UHGV virus genome: UHGV-0344594
Source: a virus
Reading direction: 5' to 3' (one strand)
Length of the DNA: 62,256 nucleotides
Position numbers and translations under genes: made by a program. The notes under the pieces are model-generated. The model did no database searches. It was not told the DNA's origin and worked only from the letters and a program-made list of their open reading frames with translations. This document shows, one piece after another, positions 52,753 through 61,210 of this stretch; positions within the stretch are counted from its first letter, which is position 1, and each line of letters starts with the position of its first letter.

Positions 52753-53189
52753 AGGCGCACCTCCGACAAGTTCAACTCAGGGATCAGCGCCTCGTTGCGA
52801 CCGGCGGCCACAACGCCGTAACCAGTCTCGAAGAAGCTCAGGCGGCCTTTCAACGGCTGGAACGGCAGCGGCTTCGATCCGGAAAGCTGGAAGCCTACCG
52901 GGCCAAAGAACCAGGGCGACGCGCTTTCGCGTGTGGTGCCGGTGATGTGCGTATAGCCGACGATCCCGCCGCGCTCTAACTTATCAAACGCTGGCAGGAC
53001 TATGCGCTGCAGCGGTGGCAGGCTGTCGCAGATAGCTTTTGCTGCGTCATAGTCGGCGCGTGTCATTCCCTTGCTGGCGTGGATCAGCACCGCGCCCCGA
53101 TACTTCGTGTCCCAGCTCCGGTTCTCGATGTCCTTAAAGCCGTTGACGATTAGCCAGGCCCACGGCTGCCTTATTGAAATTGCCTTCAT
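52749..53189 (-). CDS. ASCH-domain protein
   Basis: MKAISIRQPWAWLIVNGFKDIENRSW.. is the ASCH/EVE-like signature. Confidence 0.6.
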   Translation of the reverse strand: MKAISIRQPWAWLIVNGFKDIENRSWDTKYRGAVLIHASKGMTRADYDAAKAICDSLPPLQRIVLPAFDKLERGGIVGYTHITGTTRESASPWFFGPVGFQLSGSKPLPFQPLKGRLSFFETGYGVVAAGRNEALIPELNLSEVRL

Positions 53190-53235
53190 GCTTTTGCCTT
53201 AGCCGCTCTACGGCGGCGATCCATTGCTGTTTTGA

Positions 53236-53982
53236 TTATTCAGTTGCTGAAATGGCAACACTCTTCCCGCACTTAGGGCAGAACTTCACTCCGTTCTCTT
53301 CCGGGCCGCCGTCAGGGAAAATCCATTCAACGCCGCATGTGCCAGACCAGTGGTCATCGTAATTGCTGAATGTCCAGGTGCAGCTGTCCGGAATAATTTC
53401 AGGAATATTTTGTGGTGCATTTTGGGGTTGATTAGCGGCCAGTTGGCGGATGATAGCGGCGTCTGCAAAATTACCGATATGCTCCAGAGTGTTGGCGACA
53501 AGCTCAATTCCATCCGGAACTACCGGCGCTGGCTGCTGGGATATAGCGGTATAGCAGTCCTCGCACAGACCATCGACCGAATACCCGTAGATAGGCTTAT
53601 TGCAGTTTCTGTCTTTGCAGCGGCGTCGTTCATGTTTCTGAAGAGCGTTGTCCAGCGTGATGAAGTCAACGCTGGGATGCGCCATGCGGGCATCTATCGC
53701 TGCGTCAAACTCATTCGTGTCAAGTTCAACAAGGTCATCCCAGCTCGCCAGACCTGGCTCACCGTCATCGCCAAAAGCGTCTCTTTCTCGCAAAAAACGG
53801 TAGCGCTGGGCATCTCGCTCAATGTTTGCCGTGAGCGCCACCGGCTCGCTGTCCATTGCGGCCACCAGCAGGCGCAGCGCTTCCAGATAAAACTGCTCTT
53901 TAAGCGATAGCTCGCCAGCCGATTCCAGCGCCGCGATACGCTCTTTCACTGCTTCTGGTGTGATTTTAGTAGTCATCGCCAA
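53236..53982 (-). CDS. hypothetical protein with C-terminal Cys cluster (248 aa)
   Basis: ORF with a ..CPKCGK.. zinc-ribbon-like end. Confidence 0.4.
   Translation of the reverse strand: MAMTTKITPEAVKERIAALESAGELSLKEQFYLEALRLLVAAMDSEPVALTANIERDAQRYRFLRERDAFGDDGEPGLASWDDLVELDTNEFDAAIDARMAHPSVDFITLDNALQKHERRRCKDRNCNKPIYGYSVDGLCEDCYTAISQQPAPVVPDGIELVANTLEHIGNFADAAIIRQLAANQPQNAPQNIPEIIPDSCTWTFSNYDDHWSGTCGVEWIFPDGGPEENGVKFCPKCGKSVAISATE
53243..53259. promoter_or_regulatory. GTTGC-N7-GCAAC palindrome (site 3, upstream of ASCH gene)
   Basis: Exact GTTGCTGAAATGGCAAC. A near copy, GTTGCTGAAATGCAAAC, lies at 42031-42047. Confidence 0.5.
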
Positions 53983-54286
53983 TCGCCTTATTCAGAACTT
54001 CCAGAATGCACTTTGTGCTCATCTTGCCGCCTTCGCGATAGGTATACTCCGTGAGTTCACGGCGAGCCTCTTTGAGCGTTTCAATGCTGACATGACCAAA
54101 GAGCGTTTTTTGCTCATCGTCACAGTCGGCCATCGCAAAACCAGCAACGAAGCCGATTAGCAGAGTGATTGCAGTTATTCCGCCGAAAAGCGGCGTCCCC
54201 CAGTCCGCCCCGCTGGCGGCGCTGATGAAAGCCCCAGTCGCGCACACCGGGATGAACACCTTGAAAAACGCGATGGTTTTCTTCAT
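53966..54286 (-). CDS. small membrane protein (106 aa)
   Basis: N-terminal TM segment. Confidence 0.35.
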   Translation of the reverse strand: MKKTIAFFKVFIPVCATGAFISAASGADWGTPLFGGITAITLLIGFVAGFAMADCDDEQKTLFGHVSIETLKEARRELTEYTYREGGKMSTKCILEVLNKAIGDDY

Positions 54287-54438
54287 GGCTTCACCTGATT
54301 AATAAGCTCGATAACCTTCATGGTCAGGATGGCACCAGGGACCCAGGCACCCAGCACGCAGACCACAATCGCGATAACCAGAGAGCGCCACATACGTGCG
54401 TTTTCTGCTTTAAATTGCTCGATTTCGTTGTTCATCAT
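54283..54438 (-). CDS. small membrane peptide (~51 aa)
   Basis: Sub-threshold ORF MMNNEIEQFKAENARMWRSLVIAIVVCVLGAW.. with coupled overlaps. Confidence 0.3.
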   Translation of the reverse strand: MMNNEIEQFKAENARMWRSLVIAIVVCVLGAWVPGAILTMKVIELINQVKP

Positions 54439-54767
54439 GCCTCCCGTTTGAGGGGGTTGTTGTCGTTGATGGCAAAGGCCTCGTAGTCTTCGCGGCCTGT
54501 TTTTATGTGCTCAAGATTGCCGCGCCGGTTGGTGCCAAACTCACCTTTCGGCAGGAACACGCGCGGGAATTGACCGTGCCATTTTCCGCCGTAGGGGGTT
54601 GGATCCCCGTCGCAAAGGTGCGTAGGTCCGCATGCCGAACACAGCAGCATTCCTTCGCGTTCCGGTGCGTATGACCAGTCAAACTCCTCTTTCATCGGCC
54701 GGAAACCCTGGAATGAAAGAGCAGTGTTCTCACAGCAACCGCAGTTGTCGCACTGGAACAGACTCAT
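54435..54767 (-). CDS. Cys-rich (zinc-binding?) protein (110 aa)
   Basis: CDNCGCCEN..CSACGP..C. Confidence 0.4.
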   Translation of the reverse strand: MSLFQCDNCGCCENTALSFQGFRPMKEEFDWSYAPEREGMLLCSACGPTHLCDGDPTPYGGKWHGQFPRVFLPKGEFGTNRRGNLEHIKTGREDYEAFAINDNNPLKREA

Positions 54768-54991
54768 GAAGCCTCCCTGTCGGTCGATTGGCTTTCTCTC
54801 TGCTCGCGGGTGATAAAGACGTTGCAGAGGTTGATTGTGCTGCGCTCGGCAGCGCGCGCGATGATTTCGTTCACCACTTCCGACTGTGTGGCCGGTTCCA
54901 GCCCCATCGCCTGGCGCTGCTCATTCACGGCGGAAATGAACTGCCAGAGCGCGATACGGTTGTGGAGGGTGATGGAGCAGTTAATCCTCAT
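54764..54991 (-). CDS. hypothetical protein (~75 aa)
   Basis: Internal ATG (MRINCSITLH..) overlapping the upstream stop. The longer track version runs into the neighbouring gene. Confidence 0.3.
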   Translation of the reverse strand: MRINCSITLHNRIALWQFISAVNEQRQAMGLEPATQSEVVNEIIARAAERSTINLCNVFITREQRESQSTDREAS

Positions 54992-55334
54992 CGGCTTCGC
55001 CCTCCTCTTCCGGGCGGCGCTCTTCCTCGATGTACACCAGCGAGTGGTCGTAAAGCTCTTCCAGGGGGAAGCCGCGCAGGGTCTTTGTGTCCGGCATGCC
55101 ATACGGGCGCTTCAGCTTGTAGCCGTGCTTTTTGATGACGTCGCCCACCAGCACCGGGCCGCCCTGCTCCACCAGCCACTGGTGAATGTCACGGGCCTGC
55201 TGGCTCAGATCCAGCGGGTAGGTACCCACGGCAACGGCTACGACGTGTTTGCCGACCTGAATGACCTTCACACCGCCAGGCTCATGATTCAGGGCTGGCT
55301 TGAACGTCGAAAGGTAGTTTGGTTGCATGAACAT
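54981..55334 (-). CDS. hypothetical protein (117 aa)
   Basis: ORF preceded by a GTTGC-N7-GCAAC palindrome. Confidence 0.4.
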   Translation of the reverse strand: MFMQPNYLSTFKPALNHEPGGVKVIQVGKHVVAVAVGTYPLDLSQQARDIHQWLVEQGGPVLVGDVIKKHGYKLKRPYGMPDTKTLRGFPLEELYDHSLVYIEEERRPEEEGEADED

Positions 55335-55380
55335 TCCCTATCGCCATATGGCGAATCGTAATTGCTAATCTGCACTGTGC

Positions 55381-55397
55381 GTTGCCAAAACAGCAAC
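55381..55397. promoter_or_regulatory. GTTGC-N7-GCAAC palindrome (site 4)
   Basis: Exact GTTGCCAAAACAGCAAC, flanked GCGTTGCC..GCAACGGTGCGC. Confidence 0.5.
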
Positions 55398-55404
55398 GGT
55401 GCGC

Positions 55405-56640
55405 CTAAATTTTTTGTTTGAAAATCACCTGGCCGTCATCGATAACGGGTGCATCGCACAGGCCGTAAGCGCTCGAACACCCAGCTGGGGCTGGCAACAG
55501 CTTCATCATGTCGAAAACCCGGCCGCCGCGTGCGGTCTTCGACCACTTAACGACTTCATGCACATTCAGCTTTTCCATCGCTTCCTGGTTGGTCAGTCCA
55601 TCGATATCGACCGGCATGACGCCGGGACCAAAGAAGCTGGCTCCCTGCCGTTTGCTCGCCTGGCTTACCAGCCGTTCCCACTCCGCGATGCGTTCGATCT
55701 CTTCCGGGAAGCGGGAGGCAATCTCATGCAGCTCGTCTTTGCGGCAGTTGATGCAGGGTGCGCAGCCGACGCGGGACATCCCCATTTCATAAAGCGGGTT
55801 CCACTTCACGCCGTGTTTGCGGTGGAAGTCGAAAACGTCCTGCGCCGTCCAGTTGAGGATCGGACGGTAGTTGAAAAGCCCCTGGCCGACTTCCTCAATC
55901 TCTTTGTATTTTGCGCGCACGGCTGACTCATCGGCGCGGATGCCCTGCCAGCTGTAAAGCTCCTCCGTGTCCGGATCCTCCAGCAGCGGCATAAACACCT
56001 GCTCAAATACCGGATTGCGCTTCAGCTCTTCGGTGCAGAACTGCGCTTTGCGGCTGGGGAAACGGCCTTTCCAGATACACAGGTCGAGAAATGGGTTCCC
56101 AGTTGGATGGAGAACGCCGAGTGCGGTTTCGATAATGATTCCTGATTGGTGCTCCGCCTCATCCTTACTCATGCCCTTGACGGCTGGAAGCCAAAGAAAA
56201 GGGCCAGCTTCGGCGTTGCCGTAAATATCAGAAGGTTCTGGTGGAATGTCAGGGAACTCAATTTCACGCCCATCAGGGCAACGCAAAAAAGAGACAACCC
56301 CATCATCAGTAGGCATCGTTATCTTCGCATAGGCTGGGTTTAAAACCCACTGACCAGCGGTATCAGCCATAAAGTCGGCTACCAGCTTTGTCGGCCACTT
56401 GGTTTCGACATAGGCGCGCTTACCGGCGATCTGGCGGTCGAAGTTTGCCCGGATGCGTCGAATGGCAATGCCCAGCTTGTTTTCCAGGTAGTCGAGATAA
56501 TCGTAAACCTGCGGCAGCTCGTTGCCGGTATCAGCGAACACCAGAAGGATATTCTCTGCCTGGCGCTCAATCGCCAGCAGTGCCGTTGCGGTGCTGTCTT
56601 TCCCGGCGCTGGTGCTGACTACGTTGTAAGTTTTCTTCAT
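55405..56640 (-). CDS. PAPS-reductase/PP-loop ATP-pyrophosphatase family protein with C-terminal Cys cluster
   Basis: ATG 56640 (MKKTYNVVSTSAGKDSTA is the SGGKDS P-loop). CAPCINC near the C-terminus. Confidence 0.65.
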   Translation of the reverse strand: MKKTYNVVSTSAGKDSTATALLAIERQAENILLVFADTGNELPQVYDYLDYLENKLGIAIRRIRANFDRQIAGKRAYVETKWPTKLVADFMADTAGQWVLNPAYAKITMPTDDGVVSFLRCPDGREIEFPDIPPEPSDIYGNAEAGPFLWLPAVKGMSKDEAEHQSGIIIETALGVLHPTGNPFLDLCIWKGRFPSRKAQFCTEELKRNPVFEQVFMPLLEDPDTEELYSWQGIRADESAVRAKYKEIEEVGQGLFNYRPILNWTAQDVFDFHRKHGVKWNPLYEMGMSRVGCAPCINCRKDELHEIASRFPEEIERIAEWERLVSQASKRQGASFFGPGVMPVDIDGLTNQEAMEKLNVHEVVKWSKTARGGRVFDMMKLLPAPAGCSSAYGLCDAPVIDDGQVIFKQKI

Positions 56641-56672
56641 CCGCTTCGCTCTGTTGTGGTTCCGTAAGGTGC

Positions 56673-56689
56673 GTTGCCGCCACGGCAAC
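56673..56689. promoter_or_regulatory. GTTGC-N7-GCAAC palindrome (site 5, upstream of PAPS-reductase-like gene)
   Basis: Exact GTTGCCGCCACGGCAAC. Confidence 0.5.
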
Positions 56690-56696
56690 ACTCCGG

Positions 56697-57131
56697 TTAA
56701 ATTTCTTCGAAGATCCAGCCGCCGCCGTCTTTCTTCTGGCGCGGGAAGGCGTACCGGAACACAAAGGGGAACTGCTCGGCCGCCACCTTCATCTTAACCT
56801 TCGCGTCTTCCTCGATGATGGCCTTCGCCCCCTTCACGTCGATCATCACCAGCAGGCCATCGGCGTACATGACGTTGAAATCGACGTTCAGCGTCGTGTT
56901 GTCGGCCAGCTGCAGCTTAATGCCCTCATGCCTCCACCAGAGAATTTCACCGGTGATCTCCAGCCCGCGCAGGTAGTTCGCGAACTTCGCTTCGGTGGCG
57001 TTCATTTCGCCTTTCTTTTTGCGGCCCAGCGCGTGCAGCTTCGCCTTGCTGGTGGACTGCTTCGGTACCGGGCTTTTGCTCTTCGCCTGGCGGGCCTGCA
57101 GCTGGTTGAACTCCTCTTCGGTGAATCTCAT
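56697..57131 (-). CDS. DUF1064-like protein (putative nuclease)
   Basis: ..HALGRKKKGEMNATEAKFANYLR..WRHEGIKL.. pattern. Confidence 0.4.
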   Translation of the reverse strand: MRFTEEEFNQLQARQAKSKSPVPKQSTSKAKLHALGRKKKGEMNATEAKFANYLRGLEITGEILWWRHEGIKLQLADNTTLNVDFNVMYADGLLVMIDVKGAKAIIEEDAKVKMKVAAEQFPFVFRYAFPRQKKDGGGWIFEEI

Positions 57132-57436
57132 TCCCAGCCCAGCTCCTGTTTAGTGCGTTCATACAGCTCTTCTTCGGTGCCGAACTGCTCGATGAAGGCG
57201 CGTTTCGCCATGTGGATGCTGGGCACCGCCGGGTGATGCGTGCCGCGATGGTGCGCCGGGCAAAGCGCCAGGCTTTTCTGGTGATCACTACGCTGCCCGC
57301 GCCCCTGGCCCGCCCGGATATGATGGATTTCTGCGGGCGTTCCCGGCGTCCCTTGTACCAGGCAGGCGATACAGCCCAGCTCGGTGATAGCCGCCATCCA
57401 CTCGTTATCCGATTTGGTGCGGTGCTTGGTCGCCAT
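57128..57436 (-). CDS. HNH/Ref-like zinc-finger nuclease family protein (102 aa)
   Basis: GCIAC...IHHI..G.G.GQRSD.....LCPAHH is a CxxC...H...CxxHH HNH-type arrangement. Confidence 0.4.
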   Translation of the reverse strand: MATKHRTKSDNEWMAAITELGCIACLVQGTPGTPAEIHHIRAGQGRGQRSDHQKSLALCPAHHRGTHHPAVPSIHMAKRAFIEQFGTEEELYERTKQELGWE

Positions 57437-57438
57437 AC

Positions 57439-57723
57439 TTATTTCTTCGCCTCGTTGACTTCTGGTGTACCAGGCGAAAGAAGCGCTACAGCCTCAGCAA
57501 GTAATTTCCTTGCCTTAGTCACGGCATCATCTTTCTCCCCGTAAGTTTCAAGAACCAGAAGACGCAGCGAATCCGTCAGTATCTTCTGACCGCTTTCAAT
57601 CCGGCACCCCGTACCTTTCGATACGTGGATAGCCTCCCAGAAATCACGCTGAGAAATGCCCTTCTCTTTGCGGTACTGCCGCAGCGTGATCGGGGTGATG
57701 TCGTTAATCGATTTAAAAGTCAT
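57439..57723 (-). CDS. cro: Cro-like HTH repressor (94 aa)
   Basis: ATG 57723 after GGCGAGG. It has an HTH (..TLRQYRKEKGISQRDFWEAIHVSKGTGCRIESGQ) and lies divergent from cI at the head of the early operon. Confidence 0.55.
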   Translation of the reverse strand: MTFKSINDITPITLRQYRKEKGISQRDFWEAIHVSKGTGCRIESGQKILTDSLRLLVLETYGEKDDAVTKARKLLAEAVALLSPGTPEVNEAKK

Positions 57724-57852
57724 GTTGCCTCGCCGTGTTGTCTTCATAGCAACTATGTTGGCAAAAAATAATGCCAAAAGCAAACGCATGATTGCAATTT
57801 AGCAACGCAACGGGTAGGAACGTGATCCAAAGTGAAGTACCGGGAGGCGCGT
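57724..57852. promoter_or_regulatory. divergent cro/cI promoter-operator region
   Basis: Palindromes TTGGCA-N8-TGCCAA at 57757-57776 and ATTGC-N6-GCAAC at 57790-57806, plus a GCAACGCAAC direct repeat. Confidence 0.5.
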
Positions 57853-58449
57853 ATGCCTGTGAACAAAAAATATTTTGACGACCTGATGAAAGACCGCCGG
57901 ATCTCCCTTCGGGCTATCGCCAGGGAAATGAACTGCTCACCGTCCCAGCTCTCCAGAACGTTTGGAGGGTACCGGCGTATGCAGCTGGCAGAAGCCGCAA
58001 CCATCGCCAGAATGCTCGGCGTACCGGTGGTTGAGGTCATGGTGAATGCCGGGATCGAGGAAGTGCGTGGCGAGCGGAAGTACGCCAAAGTGATCGGCTT
58101 CCTAAAAGGGGATTTGACCGTCTCCCCTGTCCCCGATGACGTCCGGGAACGGGTGCCACTTCCGATAGCAGACCTGCCGCCGGATACCGTAGCCATACAG
58201 GCGCGCACAGCGAATACGCCGTTCTCCTTTCTGGATGGATGGGTGTTCTTTGCCGGTCCAAGGGTGGACCCCAGCGACGAGATCGGCAGCTACTGCGTGG
58301 CGCACATCGAGGGCGGCGACAAGATAATCGGCACGCTTTCGAAGGGCTATCAGCGCGGGACATATAACGTCACCGGCGCGGCGGGCATCGCCAGACAGAG
58401 CATGAAAGTCGATTGGGTTCGTAGGATTTATTTCACGCAACACGCCTAA
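57853..58449 (+). CDS. cI: CI-like repressor (N-terminal HTH; C-terminal domain lacking a recognisable S24 Ser-Lys motif)
   Basis: ATG 57853 after GGGAGG. The HTH is ..ISLRAIAREMNCSPSQLSRT.. and the C-terminal domain is ~110 aa. Confidence 0.5.
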   Translation: MPVNKKYFDDLMKDRRISLRAIAREMNCSPSQLSRTFGGYRRMQLAEAATIARMLGVPVVEVMVNAGIEEVRGERKYAKVIGFLKGDLTVSPVPDDVRERVPLPIADLPPDTVAIQARTANTPFSFLDGWVFFAGPRVDPSDEIGSYCVAHIEGGDKIIGTLSKGYQRGTYNVTGAAGIARQSMKVDWVRRIYFTQHA

Positions 58450-58551
58450 AAGTGTTGCTGTTCTCAAATATATTGTTCTAATATAGCAACACAGGATTGC
58501 AGCGGTTAAATGATGACCGCTCACATAATCACCATCAAAAAAGGGGGATGT

Positions 58552-58875
58552 ATGCCGGAAACCTGGCGGCCCTGGACCGACGAGGAAAAGGCCTGGCTGG
58601 CCTCCAATGCTCACCGGTTCTCTGCTGAATACATCGGGCTGCGCCTGAAACGCACAGCAGAGGCCGTAAGATGCAAAGCGGAGAGGATGGGAGTCCGCTT
58701 TACCCGGTGGCCAGACGAAGATATCCGCTTCTTACGTAAGAATGCAGCGCGGATGACAGCGAGGGAAATAGCTGACTCACTGGGGAAAGATAAAGGTCAG
58801 GTTGTTTATAAAGCGCAGACTGACGGGATCCTCACTGGTCCCAAACGCAGAAAATTCACCGCCCTACAGGGCTAA
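58552..58875 (+). CDS. hypothetical protein (107 aa)
   Basis: ORF from internal ATG, downstream of a TTGCTG-18-TAATAT promoter-like element at 58461-58490. Confidence 0.4.
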   Translation: MPETWRPWTDEEKAWLASNAHRFSAEYIGLRLKRTAEAVRCKAERMGVRFTRWPDEDIRFLRKNAARMTAREIADSLGKDKGQVVYKAQTDGILTGPKRRKFTALQG

Positions 58876-58883
58876 GGAAAGGT

Positions 58884-59675
58884 ATGAACGTTAATGAACT
58901 TCCGCAGTACAAATGCCATAAGGTAGTTCGCGCTGGCAAGATTCTAGCGACCGCCCGCAACCCCAATGAAGATGCCGTTTTTCTTGATGTTGATGGGGTG
59001 GTTAATAAATGGCTTTTTGCGCCAACTGGGTGGCTTAATAAACATAACCCGGATATTGGAGGTTATCTCGTCGCCTATGAGGACGGATATCTGTCCTACT
59101 CACCGGCGGAGGCCTTTGAGGCTGGCTATTCCGTCTATATCCCTGAAGCTGAAATTGACCTGAATGCTGCCGACTTCTCCGACGCCCTGATGTGGCTGAA
59201 AGAGGGCAAGCGCGTGCAGCGCGCCGGGTGGAATGGCTCTAATCAGTGGGTTGAGCTGGTCAGAAATTCCGGGCTGGTTTTCCGCTCTGAGCACGACAAT
59301 ACCGCGTTTTCCGTTGCCGATGGCCTGGTCCTGAAAAACGCGCAGGGTATCGTCGTTCAGTGGGTGCCATCAATTGGCGACCTTATGGCTGATGACTGGA
59401 AGGTCGTTGGGAAAAATGTGGATGAGCCAAGCTATCGCACTGTTTCCAGCGATGGCCGTGAAACGCTGAATTTTGTTAGCAACACTCTTCCGCACCAGCG
59501 CCGCGTGATCGAAGAGTACGACCAGCTTTTTAACCGCCACCAGGATCTGACGAAGTTCTTCGACACCGACCTGTATCGCTCCCTGGGCGTCGAAGAGCGC
59601 AACCGCCTCAAAGAACAGTCCCTGTTTATGGCTGAATACCAGCGCGTGCTGCTGGAACGTATCAGGGCGTTTTGA
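58884..59675 (+). CDS. DUF2829-domain protein (Tad2-like), 263 aa with extra N- and C-terminal regions
   Basis: The central FSDALMWLKEGKRVQRAGWNGSNQWVELV matches the DUF2829 core. RBS AAGGAAAGGT. Confidence 0.5.
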   Translation: MNVNELPQYKCHKVVRAGKILATARNPNEDAVFLDVDGVVNKWLFAPTGWLNKHNPDIGGYLVAYEDGYLSYSPAEAFEAGYSVYIPEAEIDLNAADFSDALMWLKEGKRVQRAGWNGSNQWVELVRNSGLVFRSEHDNTAFSVADGLVLKNAQGIVVQWVPSIGDLMADDWKVVGKNVDEPSYRTVSSDGRETLNFVSNTLPHQRRVIEEYDQLFNRHQDLTKFFDTDLYRSLGVEERNRLKEQSLFMAEYQRVLLERIRAF

Positions 59676-59914
59676 TGAAAATCGAAGTGGGACGCGCCGC
59701 TGTATGGCAGCACGCAGAAGAAGCCGACCTGCAGGACATGATCCGCAAGGTGGCCGCCCACTTCGAAATAGCTGATATCGCGATTTTTACGCCGGGCAAG
59801 CTCACCTATGTGAATGAGCCTCCCCGGAAATATAACCGTATCCGGCCATTCGAGAGCGATCACCGCTTCGATACCGCAACCGGAAAATTAGTAAGGAAAG
59901 GCAATGGGAAATGA
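59672..59914 (+). CDS. hypothetical protein (80 aa)
   Basis: Coupled ORF. Confidence 0.35.
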   Translation: MMKIEVGRAAVWQHAEEADLQDMIRKVAAHFEIADIAIFTPGKLTYVNEPPRKYNRIRPFESDHRFDTATGKLVRKGNGK

Positions 59915-60113
59915 AATAGCGGTCTATCACTACTCCGCATGGTTCAACAACGCACGCGGCCCCGTCCATCATGACGGCGTTCTGCTGCTGCCGGTTATCA
60001 GCAATACCGAAAGCTATTTCGCGGCGCGCCAGGCTATCGCGAATGACCTGGGGATCCGCGTCGAAGTGCTGAACGTGAATTCTTTCGCCTACATCGGCCC
60101 GGCTTCTGTCTGA
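59904..60113 (+). CDS. hypothetical protein (69 aa)
   Basis: Coupled ORF. Confidence 0.35.
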   Translation: MGNEIAVYHYSAWFNNARGPVHHDGVLLLPVISNTESYFAARQAIANDLGIRVEVLNVNSFAYIGPASV

Positions 60114-60123
60114 GGAAGGGATT

Positions 60124-60792
60124 ATGCATGACGAAAAGGTTTTAACCCGATTTATTCGCGACGTTGCCCTGCACCGGCTGGAAGTTCTGCGGGAAGACGG
60201 CGTTTATCGCCACCTGCGCTTCAAACGCCCAGGAACTAACGCCTACTATTTCGATATCGTGACGTGGCCCGGCTATCTGACCGTAACCGGCGATATGGGT
60301 ACGTGGACGTTCTCTCGCGAGCACGACATGGTGCGGCAGTTCTTCCCCAGCGATATCGCTGGCGGGATCAATCCTGGTTACTGGTCGGAAAAAATCGAAG
60401 CAGGTACCTGCGGCGGTTACGACAAGATTTGTATGGAGTTTGACGAAAAGGAGTTCGCCAAGCGCCTCGATGAATGGCTGGCTGGATGGCGTGAAGAGTG
60501 TGGCGACGATTGCGACGAGGATGAGATTGAAAGCGCCCTCGATACTGTCGCTGACCTCAAACGCTCAGGGTTTAATGATTCTCGTGACGCGTTAAATGCT
60601 GTTTACAACGCAGAATGGCCGGATGGCGTTAGCTCATGGGATATCGCTGAAGGCATGTACGGAATCAACACGTACAGTCACCACTTCCTGTGGATCTGCT
60701 ACGCGGTCGTATGGGGGATTGGTCGTTACGAGGCGTCGAAAATTATCAGCGGCGCAGTGGATAAATTTATTGCATTCCGGGCAGCTGCGTGA
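60124..60792 (+). CDS. hypothetical protein (222 aa)
   Basis: ORF with RBS GAGGAAGGGATT. Confidence 0.45.
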   Translation: MHDEKVLTRFIRDVALHRLEVLREDGVYRHLRFKRPGTNAYYFDIVTWPGYLTVTGDMGTWTFSREHDMVRQFFPSDIAGGINPGYWSEKIEAGTCGGYDKICMEFDEKEFAKRLDEWLAGWREECGDDCDEDEIESALDTVADLKRSGFNDSRDALNAVYNAEWPDGVSSWDIAEGMYGINTYSHHFLWICYAVVWGIGRYEASKIISGAVDKFIAFRAAA

Positions 60793-61202
60793 AGCGGGTA
60801 GCCTTTTACCGCCGCGCTGGGGATCAGACCACCAGCCTGGCGGGCACTAAAGAGCGGGTGGCCTGGCGCTTATCCAAAGGCCCAGCCACCGGCACCGAGC
60901 TGGCGGAAATTTTCGGTATCACCAGAGTGCAGATGAACCACATCGCCTCGAAGTGGAAACCTGATGAAGCCACCAGCTCAATCAAAGCGTCTGAGTGGTT
61001 CCAGTTGCCGGACGGCGGCAGAGACAGGACTTACAGCCTGGAGCGCAAGCCGAGGCGGGTAACACCGAGCGGAGAAACGCCTCGATACACGCGAAAGACC
61101 TTCCTCACCGCCAGCAAGGAAACCAAGCGCCTCAATACTGAGCGCGCGAAACGCCGGGCGAGGCTTATCGCTGCCGGGCTTTATATTGACGAGTTTAACT
61201 GA
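60789..61202 (+). CDS. hypothetical protein with possible HTH (137 aa)
   Basis: ..TGTELAEIFGITRVQMNHI.. and a basic C-terminus. Confidence 0.35.
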   Translation: MKRVAFYRRAGDQTTSLAGTKERVAWRLSKGPATGTELAEIFGITRVQMNHIASKWKPDEATSSIKASEWFQLPDGGRDRTYSLERKPRRVTPSGETPRYTRKTFLTASKETKRLNTERAKRRARLIAAGLYIDEFN

Positions 61203-61210
61203 GGTCCAAC

